DNA from: an uncultured delta proteobacterium
Lineage (GTDB): Bacteria > Desulfobacterota > Binatia > DP-6
Length of the DNA: 64,000 nt
Direction: 5' to 3'
Assembly: GCA_963815115.1 (NCBI GenBank)
Contig: CAWFFN010000005.1
Coordinates: 1,737,077 to 1,801,076 of the forward strand
Part shown: positions 1-10,473 of the stretch, in pieces
How positions within the stretch are numbered: position 1 is the stretch's first letter
Layout: each line of letters opens with the position of its first letter
Notes under the pieces: model-generated
Told to the model about the DNA's origin: nothing
What the model saw: only the letters and a program-made list of their open reading frames with translations
Databases searched by the model: none
Made by a program: the position numbers and the translations under genes

Positions 1-755
<755 letters not shown>

Positions 756-765
756 CGGCGGGCGG

Positions 766-1338
766 CTACGAGCGCGGGCGGCGCCGCGCCGGCTTCCGGC
801 GTTTGGCGGCGTGCGGCTTCGCTGCGCGTGCCTTGCCGGCAGCGCTCGCCCTCGGGGGCGGCATGCGAATCGCCTGCGGGCGAGGCGGCTCGTCGGACGG
901 CGTCAGCTCCTTCCAGTCGAGGTAGCGCTGGATGCCCGCGGCGCACAGCCGCCAGGCGATGTCGAGCACGAGGGCATCGTCGGCGGTGCCGGCCCGCGGG
1001 ATGAAGTCGGGGATCACGTCCATCGGCTCGAGATAGTAGAAGAGGGCGGTCGTCAGAATGCTGACGGTCTGGTACGGAATCTGCGGACACGAGGCGCGCG
1101 CGTGATCCGCGAGCAGATGGAGCGCGACCCGCGCACGCTGCGCCAGGACCGGATGGACGGCCCGCTCCCCGCTCAGGCGCTCCCGGACCCGATCGCTCTG
1201 GGCGAGCAGGGCCGTGACGTCGGCGGGCGCGATGATCGCGGCGCGCGTGAGGAGATGTCGCTCGAAGTCCTCCGGCGTCAGGAGCGCGGTGGTGCGAGGG
1301 GCCCCCGAGGTGCGGCTGTGAGGCAGCGTGCGGGCCAT
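766..1338 (-). CDS. YkvA/DUF1232 family membrane protein
   Basis: ALFYYLEPMDVIPDFIP..G..DDALV signature. Confidence 0.8.
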   Translation of the reverse strand: MARTLPHSRTSGAPRTTALLTPEDFERHLLTRAAIIAPADVTALLAQSDRVRERLSGERAVHPVLAQRARVALHLLADHARASCPQIPYQTVSILTTALFYYLEPMDVIPDFIPRAGTADDALVLDIAWRLCAAGIQRYLDWKELTPSDEPPRPQAIRMPPPRASAAGKARAAKPHAAKRRKPARRRPRS

Positions 1339-1500
1339 CGCGGGTCACAAGCACTGTTCCTGCGTTGCAGTCAACTGCCCCGGCAGGCCGGACCATGGCC
1401 GGTAGCGCACTCCTCCGGTGCGGAGCAGGGGATCTGCAGCCGGCATGGCGGCGTCGAGTCGTGGACCGATCGGCCACGGTAGCGAGCGGCTGGGCAAGCC

Positions 1501-1526
1501 GGCGGCGCCCCGCGCGGGGCGCCGCC
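1501..1526. terminator. Perfect 26-bp GC palindrome just after the nuclease stop codon; probable terminator or stabilising hairpin
   Basis: GGCGGCGCCCCGCGCGGGGCGCCGCC equals its own reverse complement; no U-tract. Confidence 0.5.
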
Positions 1527-2480
1527 TCAGTGCCAGACGTCGTTCAGGACCATCGCGAGGCGCGCCCCCGCCTTTGCCAGCTGCTCCTCGACCACGGGGA
1601 TCGCGGCGTCGGCATAGGCCTGCTCCAGCTCCTCGTGATAGGTGCGCCAGTGGTCGGAGATGTGCTCCTCGTCGCATCGGGCCACGTCGCCGGATTCGAC
1701 AGGTAGCGGAACGGGAAGCTTGCCGTAGACCACCTCGTCGGCGATCCGGTTGCTCTCCTGGGCCCATGTCACCGGGGTGCCGCGCTGCCACGAGGCGAAT
1801 CGATCGGCGAAGCGAGCGTCGAGCGTCTGTGCATACTGCTGCACCGTCGCGCCCGCCATCGCCTTCTTGACCAGATCCGTGTCCCATACCGAGTGCAGAT
1901 TCGGCCGCCAGTCGCCGTGGCTGGACTGCGGGTCGGGGTGCGCCCGCTGCGCGAAGAAGTCGACGGGGACACAGTTGCCGCCGCGGTCCCGGTTGGTCGT
2001 GCAGTGGAGGGGCTGGTGCACGTCGCCGACGAAGTGCACCACGTACATGAGGGCGTTCGCGCGCTCCTGTCCGGGCCGGCGCGTGTCTTCGAGGACGTGA
2101 AGCTGATCCGTGATCGCGGACGTCACGCAGCCGGCCGGTGGGCAGAACGGCGCCGCCGGACTCGTGGCGCTCGTGCCTCGCGGGATGTCGAGGAAGTGCC
2201 ACGGAGCGGTCGTCGGCACGACGCTGCGGACGTCGTCGGCCCACGTCGACACGTTGGCGAGGGGCTCGAGGTCCCTCACGTTGCATCTCCGCGACACGAA
2301 GATCACGGCCGACGGCTGCCCGATGAGGGCCGTGACCTGGTGCGTCGCCGCCGGATGGAGATGGCGGCTCGCGATGTACGCGACGATCTCGTGGCCGTCG
2401 CAGCCCCACGGCCAGGCCGGCCGGGCCGCCAGATCGAGCACCAAGCCGAGGAGGGTCAGCGCCGCACGGATGCCGCCCAC
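1527..2480 (-). CDS. S1/P1 nuclease, secreted
   Basis: Signal peptide then WGCDGH; WADD, WHFLD, HFVGDVHQPLH, DRGGN, NLHSVWD Zn-ligand motifs; GTG start at 2480 chosen. Confidence 0.92.
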   Translation of the reverse strand: MGGIRAALTLLGLVLDLAARPAWPWGCDGHEIVAYIASRHLHPAATHQVTALIGQPSAVIFVSRRCNVRDLEPLANVSTWADDVRSVVPTTAPWHFLDIPRGTSATSPAAPFCPPAGCVTSAITDQLHVLEDTRRPGQERANALMYVVHFVGDVHQPLHCTTNRDRGGNCVPVDFFAQRAHPDPQSSHGDWRPNLHSVWDTDLVKKAMAGATVQQYAQTLDARFADRFASWQRGTPVTWAQESNRIADEVVYGKLPVPLPVESGDVARCDEEHISDHWRTYHEELEQAYADAAIPVVEEQLAKAGARLAMVLNDVWH

Positions 2481-2484
2481 CCGG

Positions 2485-2895
2485 TCACTCCCGCACCGGG
2501 ACCACGGCGACGTCGATCGTCGCCGTCGTGCCCCCACCGGTCAGCACCGCGTTGTGGGTATCGCTCACGAAGAGCAGGCGGTCGCGTGTGCGGATGCGCG
2601 CCGACACCGTGTAACGATGGCCGGCTCGCAGGGTCGCCGGGTCGTACCGCATCGCGAAGCGGAACGGCGGCTGCCGTCCCTGGGTGGGGATCTCCTGGCG
2701 CGCGAGAACGATCGCCGGCGCGTCCGCGCGTGACACGTCGAGGAGCTGCACCTCGACGACGGCGTCCGGTGGCAGCGTCATGCGCTCCGGCGGGCGGACG
2801 GTCCCCGCGACCGTGGCGGCCGGGAGCTGCGGTCCGCGTCCGGTGCAGGCGACCGCGAGCAGCAGGCCGAGGACGACGGCGTCGGGTGCCGTCAC
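2485..2895 (-). CDS. YbaY family lipoprotein
   Basis: Lipobox LAVAC; ERMTLPPDAVVEVQLLDVSRADAPA; YTVSARI..DRLLF. Confidence 0.85.
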   Translation of the reverse strand: MTAPDAVVLGLLLAVACTGRGPQLPAATVAGTVRPPERMTLPPDAVVEVQLLDVSRADAPAIVLARQEIPTQGRQPPFRFAMRYDPATLRAGHRYTVSARIRTRDRLLFVSDTHNAVLTGGGTTATIDVAVVPVRE

Positions 2896-3067
2896 GAGCC
2901 TCGCGTTCCGACGACGGGCGCGAGCGGGCAGCGCGGGTGGCGTGACGCTCCTCGACAAGGTCGCGCGGGCCGTATCATTCGCTCCGGTACGTCGCAAGGC
3001 GGCGGAGCGCGAGTGCAGGCCGGCGGCCGGTTGAATCCATGCAGGCGAGTGGTCTACTTCCGGCCCC

Positions 3068-4396
3068 GTGCCGCGATCGAGCAACGCTCCCGAGCGCATC
3101 TCGCCCGAGGCCGCGGCCGCGCTCGTGCGCTCGGACGACTGGGTCGACTACGGCTTCGGGCTCGGGCAGCCTGATCTCTTCGACGCTGCGCTGGCGGCGC
3201 GGGCCGCCGAGCTGCACGGCGTGAAGGTCCGCTCGTGCTTCTCGCTGCGCCCGCGGGCGGTGCTCGAGGCCGATCCTGCGGGCGACCACTTCCTGTGGTT
3301 CAACTGGCACTTCTCGGGCTACGACCGCCGGCAGCACGATCGCGGCCGGTGCAACTACATTCCGATGAACTTCGGCGAGGCGCCGGACTACTACCGCCGC
3401 TTCATCGAGCGCGTCGACGTCGCCTGCATCAAGACCTGCCCGATGGACGCCCACGGGTACTTCAACTTCGGCGCCGCCGCCACCTACCAGAAGGCGATGG
3501 TGGAACGAGCGCGTATCGTGATCGTCGAGACCTGCGAGGCGATGCCGTACGTCTTCGGCCAGGAGGCCGCGGTGCACGCCAGCGAGGTCGACTTCGTGAT
3601 CGACGGGGGCACCGGCTCGATCCCGGAGGTCGAGAACCCAGCGGCGACGGAGGTCGACCACAAGGTCGCCGCGCTCATCGCGGCCGAGGTCGAGGACGGC
3701 GCGTGTCTGCAGATCGGAATCGGCGGCATGCCGAACGCCGTCTGCACGCTCCTGCGGGATGCCGGCGTGCGCGATCTGGGTATCCACACCGAGATGCTGG
3801 TCGACGGCATGATCGACCTCGTGGAGGCGGGTCTGGTGAGCGGGGCGCGCAAGACGATCAACCCCTACCAGGTGGTCTTCACGTTCGCCGCGGGATCGCA
3901 TCGCCAGTACGCCTTCATCGACCGCAACCCCGCGGTCCACGCCTCGCCCGTCGACTACACCAACCTGCCGCAGAACATCATGCGCAACGACCGCGTCGTG
4001 TCGATCAACAACACGACCGAGATCGATCTCCAGGGGCAGGCAGCGTCGGAAACGGCCGGTCATCGGCATCTGACCGGGACCGGCGGCCAGCTCCAGTTCG
4101 TGCGCGGAGCCTACGCCTCGCGCGGCGGCAAGTCGTTCATGTGCCTCGCCTCCACCTGGGAGCGCGGAGGCGAGCGCAAGAGCCGGATCGTGTGCACGCT
4201 CACACGGGGCAACGTCGTCACCACGCCGCGCACGGACGTCATGTACGTGGTCACGGAGTACGGCATCGTGAACCTGAAGGGAAAGTCCGTGGCGGAACGC
4301 GCGAAGGCGCTCGTCGCGATCGCCCATCCCGACTTCCGCGAGGAGCTCGAGCGGGGGGCGCGCGAGAGCGGCGTGCTGCCCAAGGGCTTCGCGTGA
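3068..4396 (+). CDS. Acetyl-CoA hydrolase/transferase (4-hydroxybutyrate/butyryl-CoA CoA-transferase-like)
   Basis: LQIGIGGMPNAV, LGIHTEM, GTGGQLQF, VVTEYGIVNLKGKS, IAHPDFREEL. Confidence 0.92.
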   Translation: MPRSSNAPERISPEAAAALVRSDDWVDYGFGLGQPDLFDAALAARAAELHGVKVRSCFSLRPRAVLEADPAGDHFLWFNWHFSGYDRRQHDRGRCNYIPMNFGEAPDYYRRFIERVDVACIKTCPMDAHGYFNFGAAATYQKAMVERARIVIVETCEAMPYVFGQEAAVHASEVDFVIDGGTGSIPEVENPAATEVDHKVAALIAAEVEDGACLQIGIGGMPNAVCTLLRDAGVRDLGIHTEMLVDGMIDLVEAGLVSGARKTINPYQVVFTFAAGSHRQYAFIDRNPAVHASPVDYTNLPQNIMRNDRVVSINNTTEIDLQGQAASETAGHRHLTGTGGQLQFVRGAYASRGGKSFMCLASTWERGGERKSRIVCTLTRGNVVTTPRTDVMYVVTEYGIVNLKGKSVAERAKALVAIAHPDFREELERGARESGVLPKGFA

Positions 4397-4409
4397 CCTG
4401 CGCCCGCCC

Positions 4410-4787
4410 ATGGTGACGATGGCCGAGGCCCGCCGGCTGGCGCTGTCTTTCCCCGAGACGACGGAGGAGGACCATCACGGCATCCCGTCGTTCCGGGTGG
4501 GCAACAAGATCTTCGCGACGGTGCCCGACGGCCAGCACGTGCGCGTGATGCTGGATGCGGACGCCACGCGCGCGGCGATCGGCGACGATCCGGCCGCCTT
4601 CGAGGAGCTGTGGTGGGGGAAGAAGCTCAGCGGCGTGACGGTGACCCTGGCGCGCGCCGACCACCGGCGGGTGACCGCGCTGCTCGAGGAAGCCTGGCGG
4701 CGGATCGCGCCCAGACGCCTGCTGATCTCGCCGGACCTCGACAGCCGGCGCAGCGGCTCGCCGCGCCGCGCCCGTAGCCGCCCCTAA
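4410..4787 (+). CDS. MmcQ/YjbR family DNA-binding protein
   Basis: ALSFPETTE..HHGIPSFRVGNKIFA; LLEEAWRRIAP. Confidence 0.85.
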   Translation: MVTMAEARRLALSFPETTEEDHHGIPSFRVGNKIFATVPDGQHVRVMLDADATRAAIGDDPAAFEELWWGKKLSGVTVTLARADHRRVTALLEEAWRRIAPRRLLISPDLDSRRSGSPRRARSRP

Positions 4788-4918
4788 CGCAGGGTCAGCA
4801 CCATCGCCGCGATCACGACCCCGAGCGCGGACGTCATCGCGACGGCCGCGAGCGGGCTGTCGAGAAACAGATCGATGATCCCGTAGAGCGGCTCCGTCAA
4901 AGCTCCCAGCCAGTCCAT
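4784..4918 (-). CDS. 44-aa small membrane protein (not in ORF track)
   Basis: MDWLGALTEPLYGIIDLFLDSPLAAVAMTSALGVVIAAMVLTLR*; high GC3; sigma54-like promoter directly upstream. Confidence 0.6.
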   Translation of the reverse strand: MDWLGALTEPLYGIIDLFLDSPLAAVAMTSALGVVIAAMVLTLR

Positions 4919-4932
4919 GGTCTCTTCCAAAC

Positions 4933-4947
4933 GCAATCGTCGTGCCA
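4933..4947 (-). promoter_or_regulatory. Sigma54 (-24/-12) promoter
   Basis: Minus strand TGGCAC-GACGA-TTGC matches the consensus exactly. Confidence 0.6.
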
Positions 4948-5054
4948 CGGGCGGCGAGCGCTAGTGACGCGATTTCGCTGGCCGCGGCCCGGCCTCTGCA
5001 TGGCGGGCGCTGCACGCCCGCAACGGGTGGTGCAGTGACGCCGCTGCACGCGGA

Positions 5055-6395
5055 TCACCCCCGGGCGCCGATGTCGGGGGTCGCAGGAAGCACTCGCGCG
5101 AGCACCGCCAGGCCGATCGCCGCCGCCACGGTGGAGGCTGCGAGAATCCCGACCTTCGCCGCTTCGAGCGTGGCGCCGTCGAGGGCGAGCCCGGCGACGA
5201 AGAGCGCCATGGTGAAGCCGATCCCGGCGAGGGCTCCACCCCCGGCGATCGCCGCCCAGCCGGTGCCCTCGGGAAGGCGAGCCAGGCGCGTGCGCACCGC
5301 GAGCCAGCTGAAGAGCACGATCCCGACAGGCTTCCCGACCACGAGGCCGGCTGCGATGGCCAGCGCGGTCGGATCCGCGAAGGAGGCGAGCTGGAGCGGC
5401 ACGCCGGCGTTCGCCAGGGCGAAGATCGGCATGATGACGAAGCCGACGGACGGGTGAAGCAGCGACTCGAGATACTCGAGCGGCGAGACCGTCTCGCGCG
5501 TGATCTGCCGGAACGCGCGCACGCTGGCCGTTCGATCACGCCCCTGCGCCCAACCCTCGCCCCGCACCACCTCGGTGACGCGCTGAAGGATTCCCGCAAA
5601 CGCGCTCGCGCTGAGGTGCGGTTGCGCCGGGGTGAGCAACCCGAGGAGTACGCCGGCGATGGTCGCATGCACGCCGGACTCCTGGAACGCGAACCAGACC
5701 AGGAGGGCCACCAGGGTGTAGATACCGAAGGAGCGGACGCCGAGACGGGTGAAAAGCACCACCAGCGCGAGTCCGCCTGCCCCGACGAGCAGCGGGACGA
5801 GGTGAATCCCCGTACTGTACCCGATGGCGATCACCAGGATCGAACCGATGTCGTCGGCGATCGCCAGCGTGAGGATCATGATGCGCAAGGCGTGCGGGAT
5901 GCGCGAGCCGAGCACGGCCATGCAGCCCACGACGAACGCGATGTCGGTCGCCATGGGGATGCCCCAGCCGCGCTGTGACGGCGTGCCGGCGCGCAGCGCC
6001 AGGTAGATCGCCGCGGGAGCGACCATGCCGCCGATGGCCGCGACGATCGGCAGGGCGGCACGCTGCGGGTCGCGGAGCTCTCCCACCACCAGCTCGCGCT
6101 TCACCTCGAGCCCCACCACGAAGAAGAACAGCGCCATCAGGCCGTCGTTGATCCAGTGATGGAGCGTGTGGCTCACCTGCAGGCGACCGACCTGGAAGCC
6201 CACCTCGGTCTCCCAGAGGTGGAGATAGGCGTCCGAGAGCGGGGAGTTCGCGAGCACGAGGGCGACCACCGTGCAGACGAGGAGGACGAGGCCGCCCGCG
6301 GCCTCGACGTGCAGGAAGCGCTCGAAGGGCTCGATCAGCCGATCGATGGGCTCTCGGGGGAGGCGCAGCGGTATCCGTCCACTCGGTTCCGACAC
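5055..6395 (-). CDS. nhaA: Na+/H+ antiporter NhaA
   Basis: HWINDGLMALFFFVVGLEVKRE, GWGIPMATDIAF, LAIADD, LAGIGFTMALF. Confidence 0.96.
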   Translation of the reverse strand: MSEPSGRIPLRLPREPIDRLIEPFERFLHVEAAGGLVLLVCTVVALVLANSPLSDAYLHLWETEVGFQVGRLQVSHTLHHWINDGLMALFFFVVGLEVKRELVVGELRDPQRAALPIVAAIGGMVAPAAIYLALRAGTPSQRGWGIPMATDIAFVVGCMAVLGSRIPHALRIMILTLAIADDIGSILVIAIGYSTGIHLVPLLVGAGGLALVVLFTRLGVRSFGIYTLVALLVWFAFQESGVHATIAGVLLGLLTPAQPHLSASAFAGILQRVTEVVRGEGWAQGRDRTASVRAFRQITRETVSPLEYLESLLHPSVGFVIMPIFALANAGVPLQLASFADPTALAIAAGLVVGKPVGIVLFSWLAVRTRLARLPEGTGWAAIAGGGALAGIGFTMALFVAGLALDGATLEAAKVGILAASTVAAAIGLAVLARVLPATPDIGARG

Positions 6396-6421
6396 GCTCT
6401 CTCCGCCGCGCCCGAAGCCGT

Positions 6422-6652
6422 CTACGAGCGCTCGCCGCCGAGGCAGTCCGGGCAGGTCTCTCGGCGGCTACCGTCGCAGGTCGTGCACGTCTCCCACTCG
6501 AGCCCTTCGCTTCCTGCGCGATGGTCGAACGAGGCCGGCCGCAGGCGATTCACGTTGCGGCCGCCGCGTCCGCGACACGTCTCGCAGGGGATGGTGCCTT
6601 CGCCGTGGCATCGCACGCAGGCGGTGTCGTCGTCCTCGTCAATGTCCGCCAT
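6422..6652 (-). CDS. Small stand-alone DnaJ-type zinc-finger protein (76 aa)
   Basis: AGGAGG RBS; CVRCHGEG, CETCRGRG, CTTCDGS, CPDCLGG repeats. Confidence 0.7.
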   Translation of the reverse strand: MADIDEDDDTACVRCHGEGTIPCETCRGRGGRNVNRLRPASFDHRAGSEGLEWETCTTCDGSRRETCPDCLGGERS

Positions 6653-6679
6653 GACGTCCTCCTTTCGGGGCAGCGCCCA

Positions 6680-6893
6680 GATCGGCCTCGGTACACATGA
6701 GTCCATGGACGAGGATGCCCACGCGTTCCGTCGCATCGGGGTGGGCGCGCGCGAGCGCCTCGCGCTCGATCGGCAGGCGTCGTCCGTCCCGGACGAGGCC
6801 CATCTCGAGCTGCAAGCCGTTGCCGGTGCGGGCGAGCATGTCGCCGACGGCACCGTTCAGGACGGCGAGAGCCTGGTCGAGCTTCGTTGCCAT
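6680..6893 (-). pseudogene. N-terminal fragment of a PGAP1/lipase-like alpha/beta hydrolase
   Basis: LNGAVGD.LA..GN.L and ILVHGLMCTE, then similarity ends before any GxSxG. Confidence 0.55.
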
Positions 6894-6984
6894 GCGGACG
6901 TGCCCATAGGGGCTCGCGCATCCGCGTTGTCAACCGCGCGCATCGACGCGGAGCGGGCCCGGGCTCCCCGGGGCCGCGCGACGC

Positions 6985-7692
6985 TCACCAGGCCTCGCCG
7001 AACGGTCGCACCTGGACGTCGAACGACCAGGCCGATCGATCCTGGTGCACCACGTGCCAGACCTCGTCGGCGATGGCCCGGGGCTGGATGAAGAAGTCGT
7101 CGGGCCGGCTGGCGAAGGCCTGGCGCGTCCACGGCACGTCGATGACCGCGTCGATGACGAGGTAGGCGACGTGGACGCCCCGGGGACCGACCTCGCGCGC
7201 GATGGCCTCGGCCAGGATGCGTTGCGCCGCCTTGGTGGGTGCGAAGCCCGCGAAGGTCGGCTTGCCACGGAGCGCGGACGTGTTGCCGGTGACGATCAGG
7301 GCGCCGCGCCCGCGAGCGATCATGTCGGGGAGGAGGCTCCGTGCCAGATGCAGCAGTGAAAGCACGTTCACCTGGAAGTTGCGCTCGAGGACGGCGGGGT
7401 CGACGTCGAGGAAGGTGCCGAACGATCCCGCGACGGCGTTGTGGATGACGACCTTCGGGTGACCGAGGCTACCCCGCACCTCGTCCAGGACCTTCGCCAG
7501 CGTCCCGGCGTCGCCGACGTCGCACGCGAAGGCACGGCTGCCGGGAAGCTCGGCTTCGAGTGCGGCGAGCCGATCCGCGCTGCGCGCGAGCAGGGCGACC
7601 CGGAAGCCGCCGCTGGCGAAGCGACGCGCCAGCGCGCTCCCCGTCCCCGGTCCGACGCCGGTGATCAGGCACACGTCGTCGTCATCGGCCAC
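6985..7692 (-). CDS. SDR family oxidoreductase
   Basis: ITGVGPGTG, VIHNA, GVHVAYLVIDAVID. Confidence 0.9.
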   Translation of the reverse strand: MADDDDVCLITGVGPGTGSALARRFASGGFRVALLARSADRLAALEAELPGSRAFACDVGDAGTLAKVLDEVRGSLGHPKVVIHNAVAGSFGTFLDVDPAVLERNFQVNVLSLLHLARSLLPDMIARGRGALIVTGNTSALRGKPTFAGFAPTKAAQRILAEAIAREVGPRGVHVAYLVIDAVIDVPWTRQAFASRPDDFFIQPRAIADEVWHVVHQDRSAWSFDVQVRPFGEAW

Positions 7693-7744
7693 GCCCGCAA
7701 TGATACGCCACGCGATGGCCGAGTGAAGGGCGTGGCCGGGGCGA

Positions 7745-8407
7745 CTACCGGATCCGGCGATCCCGGTTGCGCGATCGAATCGGTAGCCCGGAGCGCGCTT
7801 CCGCGGACCGGCGGGCGGCCGGGGCCACGCCGTCGAGCACGGCGCGGATCGCGAGATTCCAGCGGCGATCGACGGAGGCTCGCGAGGTGCCGAGCCATCC
7901 GGCCATCTCCGTGGCGGCGAGACCCTGCGTCATGGAGACGAGAACGTGCGCGATGTCGGTCTCGTCGCCCTCGAGCAGGCCGGCGTCGATGCAGCGCCGC
8001 ACGCGTCCCACGACGAGCAACCTGACCGAGCTCCCGGCCTCCAGCTCCGCAGGGCCGGGGTCGAAGTCGGTGAACGGGCGCGCGAACATCACCTCCGACA
8101 GGGCCGGGTTGTCTCGGACGAATGCCCTGAGGGTCGCGACGATCCGCACCAGGTCGGCGCGCGGATCGTCCGTCTCCGCAGGTCGCTCCAACCCCTGCCG
8201 CAGCAGGCGGAAGCCCTCGAAGAACATCTCGCGCACGAGCCCGGCCTTGTCGCCGAAGAGCTCGTAGACGGCCGGCGTCGAGGTGTCGGCCTCCCGGGCG
8301 ACCTTCCGCGTGGTGAACCCGGCTACGCCCGCGCTGGCGAGCGTCGTCACGGCCACCCGCAGGACGCGGTCGCGCAGCTCCGGCGTCCGTTGCTTCGCTC
8401 GCGGCAG
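7745..8407 (-). CDS. TetR/AcrR family regulator (probable CTG start)
   Basis: HTH FTTRKVAREADTSTPAVYELFGDKAGL; AGGAG 6 nt before an in-frame CTG giving (M)PRAKQRTPELRDRVL. Confidence 0.85.
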   Translation of the reverse strand: MPRAKQRTPELRDRVLRVAVTTLASAGVAGFTTRKVAREADTSTPAVYELFGDKAGLVREMFFEGFRLLRQGLERPAETDDPRADLVRIVATLRAFVRDNPALSEVMFARPFTDFDPGPAELEAGSSVRLLVVGRVRRCIDAGLLEGDETDIAHVLVSMTQGLAATEMAGWLGTSRASVDRRWNLAIRAVLDGVAPAARRSAEARSGLPIRSRNRDRRIR

Positions 8408-8434
8408 GGTTCGCTCCTGGAGAGGCCCGATCCC

Positions 8435-9133
8435 TCAGGTACGCGGGCCAAGGAGCGTGTCGTCGGCTTCGATGGCGGCGCGGATCGCCCGCAACGCGTG
8501 CTCTCTCGCGCGCAGCTTCGTCGCGGTGTGGACGCCCATGTCCAGCCTGGCAAGGTCGACGGCGATGGTGCGCGCGACCTCCTGGAGGTCGCAGGCAGGC
8601 ACGACCCGATCGAGGAATCCGGCGGCGACGGCGTCCTCGGGCCGGTAGATCTCCGCGTTGATCACCGCCCGATGGAAGTGGGAGGGCGCGAGGCGCTGCC
8701 GGCAGATCTCGATGCCGAAGAAAGGCATGGTGATGCCGATGGCGACCTCGTTGGCACCGATCTTGTATCCCCCCACCGCCCCGACGCGATAGTCACCCGA
8801 CAGGACGAGGAACGCCCCCATCGCGATCGCGTGGCCCGTGCAGGCGACGACGACCGGCGCGGGGAACGACAGGAGCCGCTCCGCCAGCTCGAACCCCGTC
8901 CGCACCATACCGGAGGCGTCGGGACCGCCACCCCGCAGGACGCGCAGGTCGAATCCACCGGAGAATGCACCCTCCCGGCCGGTGAGAATGACGACGGCAC
9001 GATCCCTCTCGGCGCGATCGAACGCGTCGTTGAGCTGCGCGAACATGTCGGGCGACAGCGCGTTCATCTTGCCGTCGTCCATCGCGATCGTCGCGACGGA
9101 ATCGCTCCGTCGGTAGGTGACGAGTGTGCTCAC
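8435..9133 (-). CDS. Crotonase/enoyl-CoA hydratase family protein
   Basis: MDDGKMNAL, FSGGFDL, ACTGHAIAMGAF, IGANEVAIG. Confidence 0.92.
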   Translation of the reverse strand: MSTLVTYRRSDSVATIAMDDGKMNALSPDMFAQLNDAFDRAERDRAVVILTGREGAFSGGFDLRVLRGGGPDASGMVRTGFELAERLLSFPAPVVVACTGHAIAMGAFLVLSGDYRVGAVGGYKIGANEVAIGITMPFFGIEICRQRLAPSHFHRAVINAEIYRPEDAVAAGFLDRVVPACDLQEVARTIAVDLARLDMGVHTATKLRAREHALRAIRAAIEADDTLLGPRT

Positions 9134-9151
9134 GAGACCTCCGTCCGTTGA

Positions 9152-9172
9152 TTTCGTATCAACGTTACGAAA
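9152..9172. promoter_or_regulatory. Inverted repeat, probable TetR operator for the crotonase-TetR-SDR unit
   Basis: TTTCGTA-N7-TACGAAA, AT-rich, about 20 nt upstream of the crotonase start. Confidence 0.6.
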
Positions 9173-9245
9173 CGACGGTACGGAGCTTGCGGTGCTGCGT
9201 CAAGCCGCCGTTCAACCGGGCGTCACCCCGGCGCATCGGGCCGTG

Positions 9246-10211
9246 TCAGTGCGCGACGATGGTCGGCGAGGACGGCGCCGTCTCCGCGGCGGCCTCGGGA
9301 TCGACCGCGGCAGGGCGCGGTGCCGCCCCGAGACCCGCGACCCTGCGCAGGGTGGCGCGGAACTTTCGCAGCTCGACCAGGGCGCGGCGCGCGCCTGCCC
9401 CCTTCGGGGCGAGACGATCGATCCCCCAGTAGGACAAGAGGTATTGCACGATGTCCTGGTAGTAGTCGGCGAGGGTGAAGACGCCATGGGCGTGGAGATA
9501 CACTTGACGCTCCGCGAACGTTCCGGCGAACGCGGGCGACCACGGCATCTGGAAGCGGGGCATGACCGCGGCCAGCGCCTGGACGTAGTCCGGATCGAGA
9601 TCGAGGTGGGCTTTCACGATGTCGCGATAGAACGCCATGTGCAGGGTCTCGTCCTTCGCGATCCGACGGAGCGCTTCCGCGAGCCCCGGGTCTTCCTGCT
9701 CGCACGCACGTGCGGTGCAGAGATAGAAGGTGCGTGTCGCCGCCTCCTGCACGGCGGTGTAGACCATCCCCTCGATCGGACCGTCCAGCTGGTGGAACCA
9801 GCCGGCCTCGATGACCGCCTTGCGCATGCTGGCGCGCGCCGCGGGGTCGCCGTTCTCGCTCAGCAGCAGGTAGGTTTCGAGGAGCGTCGCGTGCTGATCC
9901 TCTTCCGAGGTCCACACCCGGATGAAGTCCCGGAGGGACGCCGGGCATGCCTCGAGACCGTGATACAGGCCGGCGGTGTACCAGGGGAGGTTCACCTCGG
10001 TGAGCAACGCCATCTCGACCGCCAGGTAGGCAGGGCGCGAGAGCGGGCGATGCCGGCGGGCGTCGCCGCGAAACTCTGCCAGCGGCAAGAACGCATGCCC
10101 GGACCAAGCCGTCTTGGCGGCGGCATCCTTGTGTCGGGCGAGCAGGAAGTCGAGGTGAGGCTCGAGGGACGGATGGAGATCGAGATACGACCCGCCGATG
10201 GTGTCACTCAC
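9246..10211 (-). CDS. Acyl-ACP desaturase (ferritin-like diiron)
   Basis: LLTEVNLPWY, WTSEEDQH, YTAVQEAAT, IAKDETLH; start approximate. Confidence 0.88.
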   Translation of the reverse strand: MSDTIGGSYLDLHPSLEPHLDFLLARHKDAAAKTAWSGHAFLPLAEFRGDARRHRPLSRPAYLAVEMALLTEVNLPWYTAGLYHGLEACPASLRDFIRVWTSEEDQHATLLETYLLLSENGDPAARASMRKAVIEAGWFHQLDGPIEGMVYTAVQEAATRTFYLCTARACEQEDPGLAEALRRIAKDETLHMAFYRDIVKAHLDLDPDYVQALAAVMPRFQMPWSPAFAGTFAERQVYLHAHGVFTLADYYQDIVQYLLSYWGIDRLAPKGAGARRALVELRKFRATLRRVAGLGAAPRPAAVDPEAAAETAPSSPTIVAH

Positions 10212-10473
10212 TCGGTGGGCCTCTATGCGTTTGGGCGGCCGCCTGTCAAACACGGCCTGAACGGCTGGACCTTTTTCACGAATCGGTCAAACTAGTTCCC
10301 CATCGCGCACCTTGACGCCCCGCAGTCGGCGCCGAGCTCGGGCGGCATGAACGAGCCCGCCGAAGGAACCCGGGACGACCGGCGAGCTGCGCCGCGTCCT
10401 TCTCGCATGGCGGCCGGAATCGCCCCCCGACCACCCCGCGCCGCGCGGGGGTGACAAACCGGCGACTCGTGCT

